Of a DNA stretch of 64,000 bases, positions 1 to 12,223 are shown one piece after another. The translations under genes were made by a program, and so were the position numbers. The notes under the pieces are model-generated. The model did not search any database. It was not told where the DNA came from and was given only the letters and a program-made list of their open reading frames with translations. This DNA is from Macrostomum hystrix (lineage: Eukaryota > Animalia > Platyhelminthes): positions 24,180,001-24,244,000 of the forward strand of contig CATNEN010000038.1 of the NCBI GenBank assembly GCA_950097015.1, read 5' to 3'. Position 1 is the first letter of the stretch. The number at the start of each line of letters is the position of its first letter.

Positions 1-485
1 TGTTCTTCCAGTGCTCTTATTGGTTCAAAGGGTAGGGGCTGACTTTGTGGTCCTTCCAGTGCTCTTATTGGTTCAAAGGGTAGGGGCTGACTTTGTGGTC
101 CTTCCAGTGCTCTTATTGGTTCAAAGGGTAGGGGCTGACTTTGTGGTCCTTCCAGTGCTCTTATTGGTTTAAAGGGTAGAGGCTGACTTTGTGGTCCTTC
201 CAGTGCTCTTATTGGTTCAAAGGGTAGAGGCTGACTTTGTGGTCCTTCCAGTGCTCTTATTGGTTCAAAGGGTAGAGGCTGACTTTGTGGTCCTTCCAGT
301 GCTCTTATTGGTTCAAAGGGTAGGGGCTGACTTTGTGGTCCTTCCAGTGCTCTTATTGGTTTAAAGGGTAGAGGCTGACTTTGTGGTCCTTCCAGTGCTC
401 TTATTGGTTCAAAGGGTAGAGGCTGACTTTGTGGTCCTTCCAGTGCTCTTATTGGTTCAAAGGGTAGGGGCTGACTTTGTGGTCC
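1..485. repeat. Minisatellite, 48-bp unit (~10 copies, runs off the window start)
   Basis: CTTCCAGTGCTCTTATTGGTTCAAAGGGTAGGGGCTGACTTTGTGGTC recurs at 48-bp spacing with few variants. Confidence 0.95.
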
Positions 486-1171
486 TCGTATCAGTAGAAC
501 GGTGAATGATGCCGAGCTACTTTGTTTTTTTTTCAGACGATTCAAGTCAAAATCTGGCAAATATGTTCAACACAATGTCACAAAAGTTAGTCTAGCAAAG
601 TGAAGCTATGAAATATGTCTTGAGAAACTTTTTTTTCACTAGCTACGAGCTCGTACGCTGGTTTCTGGTGGTAAATTAAAATACTGGATTTAAGTTTAAA
701 AACGCAACGCCAGCCTTAAATCGATGACGCAAAAAACCCTTCAAGTGCTTTGCTTTCCTGCTTATTGTTTATTTTGCATAACAAGTTTTTCGCTTCCTCC
801 GAAAAATCTTTGCTACCCATATTTGCTCTTGGTAGCATTTATTTAATGAAAAATATATCTTTCCCTTCATTTGAATTTTTTTATTCATTGCTCCTAACCC
901 ATCTCTTGCTAACTTAGTTTAATGAGACGAACCCTTCTCGAAAAGTGTGTTGCTTTGTTTACTTATCTTACTTATTTATCTTACCAATAAAATATCCAGC
1001 ATTAGATGGGGAAGCATATTAAATAATAAGATAAAATGTGTGCAAATGTACAGTGTGTTCATGCGACTAAGTAGATCAGGCTTAGATTACAGACATGTAT
1101 AAAATTTTGATTAGATTAAACTGCATAATACTTAACAGAACCAGAACAGAACAAAGAAATTCATTCAACTT

Positions 1172-1468
1172 CTTCAGCTACCGTATTGGAATAGATTAGC
1201 AATCCATCATACTCATTCAGCTACCGCATTGAAATAGATTAGCAATCCATTCTATTCCTTCAGCTACCGTATTGGAATAGATTAGCAATCCATTATACTC
1301 CTTCAGCTACCGTATTGGGATAGATTAGCAATCCATTCTATTCCTTCAGCTACTGCATGGGGATAGACTAGCAATCCATTCTATTCCTTTAGCTACTGCA
1401 TGGGGATAGACTAGCAATCCAGTATAGTCCTTCAGCGACCGTATTGGGATAGACTAGCTATCCATTCT
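1172..1468. repeat. Minisatellite, 43-bp unit (~7 copies), TAGATTAGCAATCCATT-core family
   Basis: CTTCAGCTACCGTATTGGAATAGATTAGCAATCCATTATACTC-like units; directly downstream of the stop codon at 1491. Confidence 0.9.
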
Positions 1469-1490
1469 AATCTGAAAATATAAGAAGTGT

Positions 1491-2117
1491 TCACACAAGC
1501 AGCACGTCATTGACATGTTTTCTTGTCTCGACTCCTGGCGCCGGTGCCTCTAGCAACTCGCTGGCTTCTTGGTGCGTTGTGCCATCATCTGAATCTTCAT
1601 GGTCGCCGGCAGAGGCGCTGGTCAGTGACTCCGGGCGAGCTCTCAACACCTCGCTGTAGCTGCGGAAGTAGCGCGCTCTGTTATCGTTCTCATTTCGGTT
1701 TTTGTCGGCAAATTTTTGCGAATCGTTCGTTTTTCTCAATTGAATATTGTTGACACCTTTCATCTGATGCACCTGTTTAGACTTGCAGAAGCAGCAGCAG
1801 CAGCAGCAGCAGCAGCCGCAGCGGCAGCAACAGTCTAAGAATAGGCTAGCAGTCTCTATAGATCGATCTCGGCAATGAGTGATCGATTTAAAAAACATGA
1901 CTCTCTGACAGAAACGCATGCAACAAAATAACAATAACCCTGTGAGAACATTCAGCCCAATAAACAGCGCAGCCGCTATCAGTCTAGCCAGGTGTGAATT
2001 CTCGGTTAGGCGATAATTGAGCTGATAATTAGCGGTGCTTGTAAAATTATCACCTTTGTCGGCAACTTCAAACGAAAATGAATACGATGATTGGCTAGCT
2101 TCGACTGTAGACGTCAT
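1491..2117 (-). CDS. Single-pass membrane protein with a cytoplasmic poly-Cys tract (whole gene or terminal exon)
   Basis: 208-aa non-repetitive ORF with a hydrophobic segment LIAAALFIGLNVLTGLLLFCCM, then CCCRCGCCCCCCCCFC and an acidic tail. Splice acceptor (TTTCAACAG) at about 2156-2158. The YSFSFEVADKG..TSTA segment weakly resembles the end of a cadherin repeat. Confidence 0.6.
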   Translation of the reverse strand: MTSTVEASQSSYSFSFEVADKGDNFTSTANYQLNYRLTENSHLARLIAAALFIGLNVLTGLLLFCCMRFCQRVMFFKSITHCRDRSIETASLFLDCCCRCGCCCCCCCCFCKSKQVHQMKGVNNIQLRKTNDSQKFADKNRNENDNRARYFRSYSEVLRARPESLTSASAGDHEDSDDGTTHQEASELLEAPAPGVETRKHVNDVLLV

Positions 2118-2296
2118 TCAGATGTGCAGCCGGCGCTGAACCTCTGGATTGCGATCTGTTGAAATAATTTCAAGAAATAAAAAGTAAGGTGTAAAATATA
2201 CGAGTGTTCTCCATAGAAAATGATGCATTAAAAAGAGTCGCACTTTTCAATTCGAGATTTCCTGATCTTTGATAGGATCCTGCTAAAAACTTTGCG

Positions 2297-3166
2297 ACAC
2301 AGTTCCGTCAGCTGATTAGGGGGGCGCCACACAGTTTCGTCAGCTGATTAGGGGGGCTCCACACAGTTCCGTCAGCTGATTAGGGGGGCTCCACACAGTT
2401 CCGTCAGCTGATTAGGGGGGCTCCACACAGTTCCGTCAGCTGATTAGAGGGGCTCCACACAGTTTCGTCAGCTGATTAGGGAAGGACTCCACACAGTTTC
2501 GTCAGCTGATTAGGGAAGGACTCCACACAGTTTCGTCAGCTGATTAGGGAAGGGCTCCACACAGTTTCGTCAGCTGATTAGGGAAGGACTCCACACAGTT
2601 TCGTCAGCTGATTAGGGAAGGACTCCACACAGTTTCGTCAGCTGATTAGGGAAGGGCTCCACAGAGTTTCGTCAGCTGATTAGGGAAGGGCTCCACACAG
2701 TTTCGTCAGCTGATTAGGGAAGGGCTCCACAGAGTTTCGTCAGCTGATTAGGGAAGGACTCCACACAGTTTCGTCAGCTGATTAGGGAAGGGCTCCACAC
2801 AGTTTCGTCAGCTGATTAGGGAAGGGCTCCACAGAGTTTCGTCAGCTGATTAGGGAAGGGCTCCACAGAGTTTCGTCAGCTGATTAGGGAAGGGCTCCAC
2901 AGAGTTTCGTCAGCTGATTAGGGAAGGACTCCACACAGTTTCGTCAGCTGATTAGGGAAGGGCTCCACACAGTTTCGTCAGCTGATTAGGGAAGGACTCC
3001 ACACAGTTTCGTCAGCTGATTAGGGAAGGGCTCCACACAGTTTCGTCAGCTGATTAGGGAAGGACTCCACACAGTTTCGTCAGCTGATTAGGGAAGGGCT
3101 CCACACAGTTTCGTCAGCTGATTAGGGAAGGGCTCCACAGAGTTTCGTCAGCTGATTAGGGAAGGG
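2297..3166. repeat. Minisatellite, 32-34-bp unit (~26 copies)
   Basis: CCACACAGTTTCGTCAGCTGATTAGGGAAGGGCT; the first copies are 32 bp, later ones 34 bp. Confidence 0.95.
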
Positions 3167-3747
3167 CACAGATAAATTCAAATCACTTACGTAAGAGCGT
3201 TGATGTCTCATTTAGATATTTGTGTTAAATATAAATTTTCCTCAATTCTGCTACGAATTTTATTTAGTATATAAAGAACAATACGAGTGCACAAATTTAG
3301 GTGCCTAGTTGAAATTTTTCAGTCCTGTCTTCAAATGTGTGGCAAATTTACTGAGGCCGAATGCCGCAGCGTCTCGCCTATTGGTCTCTCTTCTTCTTTT
3401 TATCTGACGGGAAACCAGTTTTCACCGGCTTTTCGAAACCTAATTTTAGCCATTTCTATTATCCATTCCCAGGACAGCCCTCTGCAGCTCAAGGTATGTA
3501 GGCAACTCATTTATAGCTTTATAATAAGCAGAAAAGGTTTCGTTTAAAATACACCGAACTTAAACCATTGTTTAAAGTACTGTCTGTAATCTATGCAGAC
3601 TAGATATACATTATTAGGGCTATTATACTGTGCACATACACTAATACTCAGTCGGTATTACTTAAAATATTCGTACATAAATACGCAAAGATATACAATT
3701 GGAATGTATATTCAAAGTGTGACTGGATGGCGGAATAGGAGGCAGGT

Positions 3748-4563
3748 TAGACAGGGGAGTGCCGTGGTGGCACAGTGGAGACAGGGGAGTGCCGAAGTGG
3801 CACTTGGGAGAGGCAGAAGGGAGACAGGGAGTGGCACAGGGGAGACAGGGAGTGGCACAGGGGAGACAGGGAGTGGCACAGGGGAGAAATAGGAGAGGCA
3901 CGGGGGAGACAGGGAGAGGCACAGGGGATACAGGCGAGTGCGGTAGTAGCACAGTGGAGACAGGGGAGTGCCGAAGTGGCACTTGGGAGAGGCAGAAGGG
4001 AGACAGGGAGTGGCACAGGGGAGACAGGGAGTGGCACAGGGGAGAAATAGGAGAGGGACGTTGGAGACAGGGAGAGGCACAGGGGAGACAGGGAGTGGCA
4101 CAGGGGAGAAATGGGAGTGGCACAGGGGAGAAATAGGAGAGGCACGTGGGAGACAGGGAGAGGCACAGGGGAGACAGGGAGTGGCACAGGGGAGACAGGG
4201 AGTGGCACAGGGGAGAAATGGGAGTGGCACAGGGGAGAAATAGGAGAGGCACAGGGGAGACAGGAGTGGCACAGGGGAGAAATAGGAGAGGCACGGGGGA
4301 GACAGGGAGAGGCACAGGGGAGACAGGGAGTAGCACAGGGGAGACAGGGAGTGGCACAGGGTAGACAGGGAGTGGCACAGGGGAGAAATAGGAGAGGCAC
4401 GGGGGAGACAGGGAGAGGCACAGGGGAGACAGGGAGTGGCACAGGGGAGACAGGGAGTGGCACAGGGGAGAAATGGGAGTGGCACAGGGGAGAAATAGGA
4501 GAGGCACGGGGGAGACAGGGAGAGGCACAGGGGAGACAGGGAGTGGCACAGAGGAGACGGGAG
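3748..4563. repeat. Purine-rich compound minisatellite based on a ~21-bp unit
   Basis: GGGGAGACAGGGAGTGGCACA interspersed with GGGGAGAAATAGGAGAGGCAC variants. It generates the overlapping Pro/Leu/Ser/Cys ORFs in the track. Confidence 0.92.
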
Positions 4564-5270
4564 TAATATTCGACTTTATTGTTTAGCTTCTTCTTTTAAA
4601 TCTAAACTCTTTAAAGAAGTTGTGAAGCAATTCAGCTACTCATAGTAGCAGAGTGACATTTTCCTGTAGTTTTTTCGTCTGTATTCGGCGACTAAGAAAT
4701 ATTTTATATTAGAAGTGCGAAAAAATCAGCAACGGTAAAGTAGACTTATTTGGTGCATATTTTAACACACAGCAGACAATTATAGTTTTTACCTTATGAC
4801 ATGCTTATTAAAGACATTCAGAAAGTTATAGCGAGATTTTCATCAGAATATTATATGTGAATAATATTGCGAAACATATTCATTGGCCTCTTAAAGCAGC
4901 TTTAGCCAATTAAAATGTAAAAAAAATCTAACAAATTTGAGATTGTTGTCTAGTAGCAAAAGCTACCGAAGCTTAAATATTAAAAATATTGAGTAAAAAA
5001 TTAGGGAATTTACAATACAGCTTCATTGGCTATTTAAATCAGGTGTATTCCTTGCACTACAATGGGTCAAATTGGGATTTATCTAATCTAAAGGTAACAC
5101 AAAAAAGAATGTGCCAACCATCTCTAGTTGCAGAAAAGCAGAAAAACAAAGAAAACAATCGATTTGTAAAAATGAAGCTAAAGGAATTCACATGATTGAG
5201 TCATGAGTCAAACATTTCTGTTTGCTCTAAACTCACTTCAAATGACTCCTCACTCAAAGCGCTACCACAT

Positions 5271-5662
5271 TCCAAACACCCACCTCTCTAAAAACACCCA
5301 CCTCACTCCAAACACCCACCTCACTCCAAACACCCACCTCACTCCAAACACCCACCTCACTCCAAACACCCACCTCACTCCAAACACCCACCTCACTCCA
5401 AACACCCACCTCACTCCAAACACCCACCTCACTCCAAACACCCACCTCACTCCAAACACCCACCTCACTCCAAACACCCACCTCACTCCAAACACCCACC
5501 TCACTCCAAACACCCACCTCACTCCAAACACCCACCTCACTCCAAACACCCACCTCACTCCAAACACCCACCTCACTCCAAACACCCACCTCACTCCAAA
5601 CACCCACCTCACTCCAAACACCCACCTCACTCCAAACACCCACCTCACTCTAAACACCCACC
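5271..5662. repeat. Minisatellite, 18-bp unit (~21 nearly perfect copies)
   Basis: CCAAACACCCACCTCACT; lies in the presumed 3' UTR or downstream region of the 4-repeat gene. Confidence 0.97.
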
Positions 5663-5817
5663 AAATGGGATAAACAACTAAAGCCTGAACCTAAACAACG
5701 TAAACACCCGTGTTAACACATGTTATTAACCTCACAGGCATTTAACAAAAAGTCATTCATTAAAAAGAATTGCAAAGGAATTAAAAAATATGATTGCAGA
5801 GCCACAGAGACAAATCT

Positions 5818-8800
5818 TCACTCCAAAGCCGGAGTGGCAGAGAAAACCGCATTGCCGATCGCTCCTGTGGCATCGGCCGCCTTTCTTCCTGTGGCCGCGA
5901 ACCACCAGCTGTGCACATCCACTGGGTAGTCCTGCCCGCTGTCGGCGTGATGATAGATAGCCGACACGTCAGCTGAGCTCACCAGACCCCAGCCTCTCTG
6001 CTGCATCGCTTCCAGAATGCCAAGCATCATGTGCCGACCGTGCACGTGGTCGTTGCCATTTTGACTGGACCAAGGTCGCCCTCGGAGGCGCACCTGGTGA
6101 TACCCAGCGTACACTCGCTCAGTTTTGATTCCGTGAATGTAATTGCCGGCAATCACTAAGCGAAGGGCGTCGACAACTTCCACTGGCGCGTTGACAAAGC
6201 GAAGCACGCTCTTGTCATGCAGCGATAGGCACCAGTGCAGCGAGCTCTCTGGCTGGGCTTTGGCGAACACGAACACGGATTTGTCATTGAGCCGGCGGCA
6301 CAGCTCCACCTACAATTGGCCCGGGAGGTTCAGAAATTCGCACGTTGCTGGTCATAGGTCCCAAACTCGAACGGAGAGAAGGATTGTCGGTCTTGTCGTG
6401 CCTATCTAAGATTTCAGTCTTTGCAAAACACTTCCGCTTGCCAGCCTACTTCACACCTCAATCCAAACGCCCACGACCCTCCAAACACCAGCCTCACTCC
6501 AAATACCCACCTCACCTCAAATGCAAATACCCACCTCACTCCAGAAACACACCTCCCACTAAAGACCCACCTTACTCCGGACACCCACCTCCCTCCAAAC
6601 ACTAACCTCACTCCGAAAACCCACCCAACTTCAAATGCCCACCTTACTCAAATACCCACCTCACTCCAGAAACACACCTCCCACTAAACACCCACCTTAC
6701 TCCGGACACCCACCTCCCTCCAAACACTAACCTCACTCCAAATACCCACCCAACTTCAAATGCCCACCTTACTCAAATACCCAACTCACTTCCAGACACA
6801 CCTCCCTTTAAAGACCCAGCTTAATCTAGACACCCACCTCCCTCCAAACACCCACCTCACTTTATACACACACCTCCCTCCAAACACGCGCCTCACTTCA
6901 GACACCCACCTCCCTCCAAATACGCGCCTCACTCCAGACACCCACCTCCCTCCAAACACCAACCTCACTCCAAATACCCCCCTCACTGGCAGTACGTCGA
7001 ATTTCGCCAAGATAAGCGTCAGTGCACCCCCGCGACTACTAGCTCGTATTATAATTCACATTCTATGGCTCACCGTCTGCACCAGTCGCCAGCCTTTGTC
7101 ACGCAGCTCCTGCAGCAGCAGAGTGATCAGCAGTCGAGTTCTCACCGATTCGGCGCCCTCCGTCCACCAGGGACTGCCGCCGAGTTTGAATTCGCGCGAG
7201 CCGTGATAATCCCGATCGTGTACTAAGCCGCCGGTCCAGTGGTGGACTAGGACACTGCGCACAACCTCCTGGGCCTCCGTTGGAGCGTCGATGAGTCGCA
7301 AACGATCGTGCCGGTTCAGGCTGAGCACGAAGGACGCGCCTGGCTGGCCGAGATCGCCGATCGGCGGCAAAGATTTATCGCTGGCCGACGCGCTTCGAAA
7401 AAACAGGCTGTCCGTGGTGTCCTTGATGCTGGTGGACAGGCACAGGACGAAGCCCTCGGAGGCCATGGCCCGGATGATTTCCAAGATCATGCGCCTAGCC
7501 TCCACAGCGCCGCGCTCCGAGGCGGACCTGTGCGTGACGAGGCTTGGTGGCTGCAACCTGCTGCACTGTTTATTGATGCTGCACCAAATTCGCAGCCACA
7601 GACACTATTTATGACCGCAGCGAGACACGTGGCTCTCTCGTGTCTCAGTTCTCATCTCTTTTACGTCTCATTTAATTTCTCATCTTTACCATGTCTCGTC
7701 TCTTTTGTCTTATCTCCCCTTTTATATCTCTCCCCAGACTTTTTCATGGTCTTCTAAAAATATGTCGCTTTCTGACCGGCAAAGCAGACGCAGAGCCTTT
7801 TTTAAAAGAAATTCGTTGGGAAAATTACACTGAAGGTAAATTAGCCTGTACTTTAACTAGACACAACATGCATAGCCAGCTAATGGCTTTGGAAACTTAT
7901 ACTAGTTAGTTTTAAAACACTCCAGGCAAATAGAGTACAGGTCATTTGGTGTGTGGAAAATTTCATTCGTGAATAAACCTCAAGGGCCACAAAGAAAATT
8001 ATAAAACTGGAACAGGGAAGTCTGACTTCTAGTTACACAAGTGTAATTGTTTTCATTAGCTACGAGATTGTGTCTTAACAGCAAAATAAAATCCAGCCTA
8101 GGTTCTGAATTGCTAACTTTAGGATAAAGGATTATCATTACTTACCAGGGATTTCCGTTCATTTTCAGCTCCATACCGCCGTAGGCTTCTTTCATGTCCT
8201 CCTGAATCCCTAGAGTCCAGGTTCGGCGGACAGCGTCGGCCACCGTGCCCAGGAGCCGTTTAGGAAAGTTGATCAACTGGAACTTGTCGAAGCCAGATAG
8301 GCCGAGACAACAGACAGTGGAGTCGAAATCCACGCAGGCTTCGTCCGTTCTTTCAAAGAACCAAGAGCTCAGGTCTTTGTTGCGGCACAACTCTGAGCTG
8401 ATGAGAGCATGCCAGCCTTTGTGGGCCAGGTCTTGCAGCAGGGTGCAGGCTACCTGCTTGCCTGCGATAGCCTCCTCCTTGGAGCAGCCCACCTGCGTGT
8501 GATTGTGCAAGGAGCTCTGAATGCAGAACCCTGGGAGACAACTCTAAGGTCGTCACGGAGGTTCTACATTCAAGGCTCCGTGGAATGTGCACAGAGATTA
8601 TTTGAGACACGGGTGAACAAATTGATACTTTCTATTGGGACGAAATAAGTGTTCGTAATTTTCAAAACATGGCATCCAATATACTCAATTTTTGTCATTG
8701 TCTCATGCGAACCAGCATTTGTATATATACTTTCTTTTTTTTAATTAAAAATCAATGTTCGCCAATAGTGCCCAATACGAGACTCGTAATAGGTATAAGG

Positions 8801-11050
8801 ACGAGTTGTTAGGACACAGACTTTGATAGCTGTGACACACAGGACTGGAGTGTTAGGACACAGACTTTGATAGCTGTGACACACAGGACTGGAGTTGTTA
8901 GGACACAGACTTTGATAGCTGTGACACACAGGACTGGAGTTGTTAGGACACAGACTTTGATAGCTGTGACACACAGGACTGGAGTGTTAGGACACAGGCT
9001 TTGATAGCTGTGACACACAGGACTGGAGTGTTAGGACACAGACTTTGATAGCTGTGACACACAGGACTGGAGTTGTTAGGACACAGGCTTTGATAGTTGA
9101 GACACACATGACTGGAGTGTTAGGACACAGACTTTGATAGCTGTGACACACAGGACTGGAGTTGACAGGCTTTGATAGCTGTGACACACAGGACTGGAGT
9201 TGTTAGGACACAGACTTTGATAGCTGTGACACACAGGACTGGAGTTGTTAGGACACAGACTTTGATAGCTGTGACACACAGGACTGGAGTGTTAGGACAC
9301 AGACTTTGATAGCTGTGACACACAGGACTTGAGTTGTTAGGACACAGACTTTGATAGCTGTGACACACAGGACTGGAGTGTTAGGACACAGGCTTTGATA
9401 GCTGTGACACACAGGACTGGAGTTGTTAGGACACAGACTTTGATAGCTGTGACACACAGGACTGGAGTGTTAGGACACAGACTTTGATAGCTGTGACACA
9501 CAGGACTTGAGTTGTTAGGACACAGACTTTGATAGCTGTGACACACAGGACGGGAGTGTTAGGACACAGACTTTGATAGCTGTGACACACATGACTGGAG
9601 TGTTAGGACACAGACTTTGATAGCTGTGACACACACGACTGGAGTTGTTAGGACACAGACTTTGATAGCTGTGACACACAGGACTGGAGTGTTAGGACAC
9701 AGGCTTTGATAGCTGTGACACACATGACTGGAGTGTTAGGACACAGGCTTTGATAGCTGTGACACACAGGACTTGAGTTGTTAGGACACAGACTTTGATA
9801 GCTGTGACACACAGGACTGGAGTTGTTAGGACACAGACTTTGATAGCTGTGACACACAGGACTGGAGTGTTAGGACACAGACTTTGATAGCTGTGACACA
9901 CAGGACTTGAGTTGTTAGGACACAGACTTTGATAGCTGTGACACACAGGACGGGAGTGTTAGGACACAGACTTTGATAGCTGTGACACACATGACTGGAG
10001 TGTTAGGACACAGACTTTGATAGCTGTGACACACACGACTGGAGTTGTTAGGACACAGACTTTGATAGCTGTGACACACAGGACTGGAGTGTTAGGACAC
10101 AGGCTTTGATAGCTGTGACACACATGACTGGAGTGTTAGGACACAGGCTTTGATAGCTGTGACACACAGGACTTGAGTTGTTAGGACACAGACTTTGATA
10201 GCTGTGACACACAGGACTGGAGTGTTAGGACACAGGCTTTGATAGCTGTGACACACATTACTGGAGTGTTAGGACACAGGCTTTGATAGCTGTGACACAC
10301 ACGACTGGAGTGTTAGGATACAGACTTTGATAGCTGTGACACACATGACTGGAGTTGTTAGGACACAGGCTTTGATAGCTGTGACACACAGGACTGGAGT
10401 GTTAGGACACAGGCTTTGATAGCTGTGACACACAGGACTGGAGTGTTAGGACACAGGCTTTGATAGCTGTGACACACAGGACTGGAGTGTTAGGACACAG
10501 GCTTTGATAGCTGTGACACACAGGACTGGAGTGTTAGGACACAGGCTTTGATAGCTGTGACACACAGGACTGGAGTGTTAGGACACAGGCTTTGATAGCT
10601 GTGACACACACGACTGGAGTTGTTAGGACACAGGCTTATCTCTCCTCAATCACGAATTTTGGAGTAAATTAAATCGCACACTTTGTGTTGCTTAAGAACA
10701 CAAATTGCTGGGATCACTGGGCTGAGATTCGAACCCGGGACCTCTAGATTATGAGTTTAAAGCTCGAAGCATTAGGACTAGCTAGAACAGTCAGGCCTAT
10801 GTAACCATCCCCGCCAAATCGGGAGACTCACCTTGAACGGATTGTCAGCCAGTACGAAGCTCCTAGCTCCGTACTTGTCATATTCCTGCCTGAGCCCTAG
10901 TGGGTAGCCGCGTGCTATCGCTTTCCTGATCACCTCCAGGGTTGGCGGATCGCAGTCGATCACTTTAATGCAGTCCGGCACGCGGAAGGTGACGCAGAAG
11001 AAATTGTTCGACGCCGGCACGGAGGGCAGATAAGAATAGTTGCCGCCCAT
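5818..11050 (-). CDS. Uncharacterised ~503-aa protein of four internal ~120-aa repeats with a putative N-myristoylation motif
   Basis: Exons 11050-10832, 8492-8146, 7527-7074 and 6309-5818 join in frame through GT-AG junctions (phases 0,2,0). Each repeat carries D.(I/L/F).(V/L)I..P, G(I/L)..E/D, (F/L)KL.G.PW-like, GW.L and (S/W).FF motifs. N-terminus is MGGNYS. Confidence 0.88.
6425..6986. repeat. Degenerate ~18-bp ACACCCACCTC-family array in intron 3 of the 4-repeat gene
   Basis: Units such as CCAAATACCCACCTCACT and CCAGACACCCACCTCCCT; same family and orientation as 5271-5662. Confidence 0.9.
8803..10636. repeat. Minisatellite, 44/45-bp unit (~41 copies) filling most of intron 1 of the 4-repeat gene
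   Basis: GTTAGGACACAGACTTTGATAGCTGTGACACACAGGACTGGAGT(T). Confidence 0.97.
10716..10791 (-). pseudogene. Degenerate tRNA-Met(CAT)-like sequence (tRNA pseudogene or tRNA-derived SINE head)
   Basis: The minus strand reads ...GCT..AGC-T-TTAAA-CTCATAA-TCTAG-AGGTC-CCGGG-TTCGAAT-CTCAG. This has a CAT anticodon loop, variable loop and T-loop/B-box, with mismatches in the acceptor, anticodon and T stems. Confidence 0.55.
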
Positions 11051-11391
11051 GCTTGCTTGTTTGAAGGGAGGGAAAAAAGCATTAACTCGGTTGTTTTTTA
11101 TTTAACTTTCCAGTTTAACTATAGCTTTAAAGGGGCCATTTAAATATAATTTTCAATATTGAAAGATAACAAGAATTAACACAAAATTGGAATTACACCT
11201 ACGCAAAGGAGCTTCTTAAGGTTGCGTGCACCAGCACAACAACTGGTCAGCGATCAATTTAGCTTCCTTATTAAATATTCTGAATGCTTTTCGCTAAATC
11301 GCCCTAATTTTTAGCTTCTTTATTTTATGAATTGACTTTGAAATATATAATAAGATTAATTAAAATTAAGTTGTCACAACAAGACGCTTAC

Positions 11392-11495
11392 CAGGATTAG
11401 AAGATCCAACGTTTTATTCGATTTTTAGAGATAAAAGTCAATAGTTTAACTGAGAGCACAGCCAAGCTATGCGACGCTCATCCATTTTTTATATA
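11392..11495 (-). promoter_or_regulatory. Probable core promoter and non-coding first exon of the 4-repeat gene
   Basis: TATATAAA at about 11495-11488, an Inr-like TCAGTT at about 11453-11448, and a CCTG|GTAAGC donor near 11392. The TATA-Inr spacing (~42-44 bp) is longer than canonical. Confidence 0.4.
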
Positions 11496-12223
11496 GCCGG
11501 AGAAAATTGTACAGGAGGGCAAGGAGAGACGAAAATAAAAAAATGGTTCTTCCTTCTCTCTACGACGACAAACATGCCCTATGTACATTTGCCTATGTAC
11601 ATTCCCAAACCACCCACAAACGATGAGGGAAGAGATTGTCTATTAAAATGAATGGAAAACTAAAAAAGCTTGCATTCAAACAGTGTGACCTACTTTTTTA
11701 CAAGTAGACACTCGGCAAACCGATAAGGCACCCACGCAAGAATACTTATGTAGAAAACTGGAAAGACCACACCAAATTGTCTGCTAGATTCTTGTCTTGA
11801 ACAGAAGCTTTCGCGCTTAAAACAAAATGTAGATTTTGAGAAGCATCCACATTCGCTGATCTACATAGGGTCAAGGGGGAGACGGACGATGGGGTGGTGG
11901 TTGGGGTGGACCCGCACCCGTTCACTTTGGAATTCCCCGGTAATTTTCCATTTGTTGGCCCAAGGACGGAAAAACCCCATGCCCAATACTGATGAGAGGT
12001 TGGTTCAGTTGTTTTGCACCAAGTAAAGGAACTTTGAATTTTTATATTAGTTCTGGAAATAGCATCGTTAAAATAGCATGTTATGTTGAAAAAAAACTTT
12101 GGAATTGACCACTTATTAAACTGTTTGGAAGAAATGACATCGTTTGTTTGACAATGTCATGTTCTCTTTGGAAATCGCATTTCCTGTTTAGAATTACACA
12201 TCATAAGCTGTCAGCTTTAATGT

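Noticed and set aside
2297-3166. Telomeric or interstitial telomere tract
   Set aside because: There is only one TTAGGG per 32-34-bp unit, never tandem.
3593-5673. Long Pro/Gly/Arg-rich and (PNTHLT)n ORFs as real proteins
   Set aside because: They are open in several frames and strands at once because the repeat units lack stops. They have no unique domains or splice support.
11960-12040. Hammerhead ribozyme around CTGATGAG
   Set aside because: No correctly placed GAAA or stem III could be found in any permutation.
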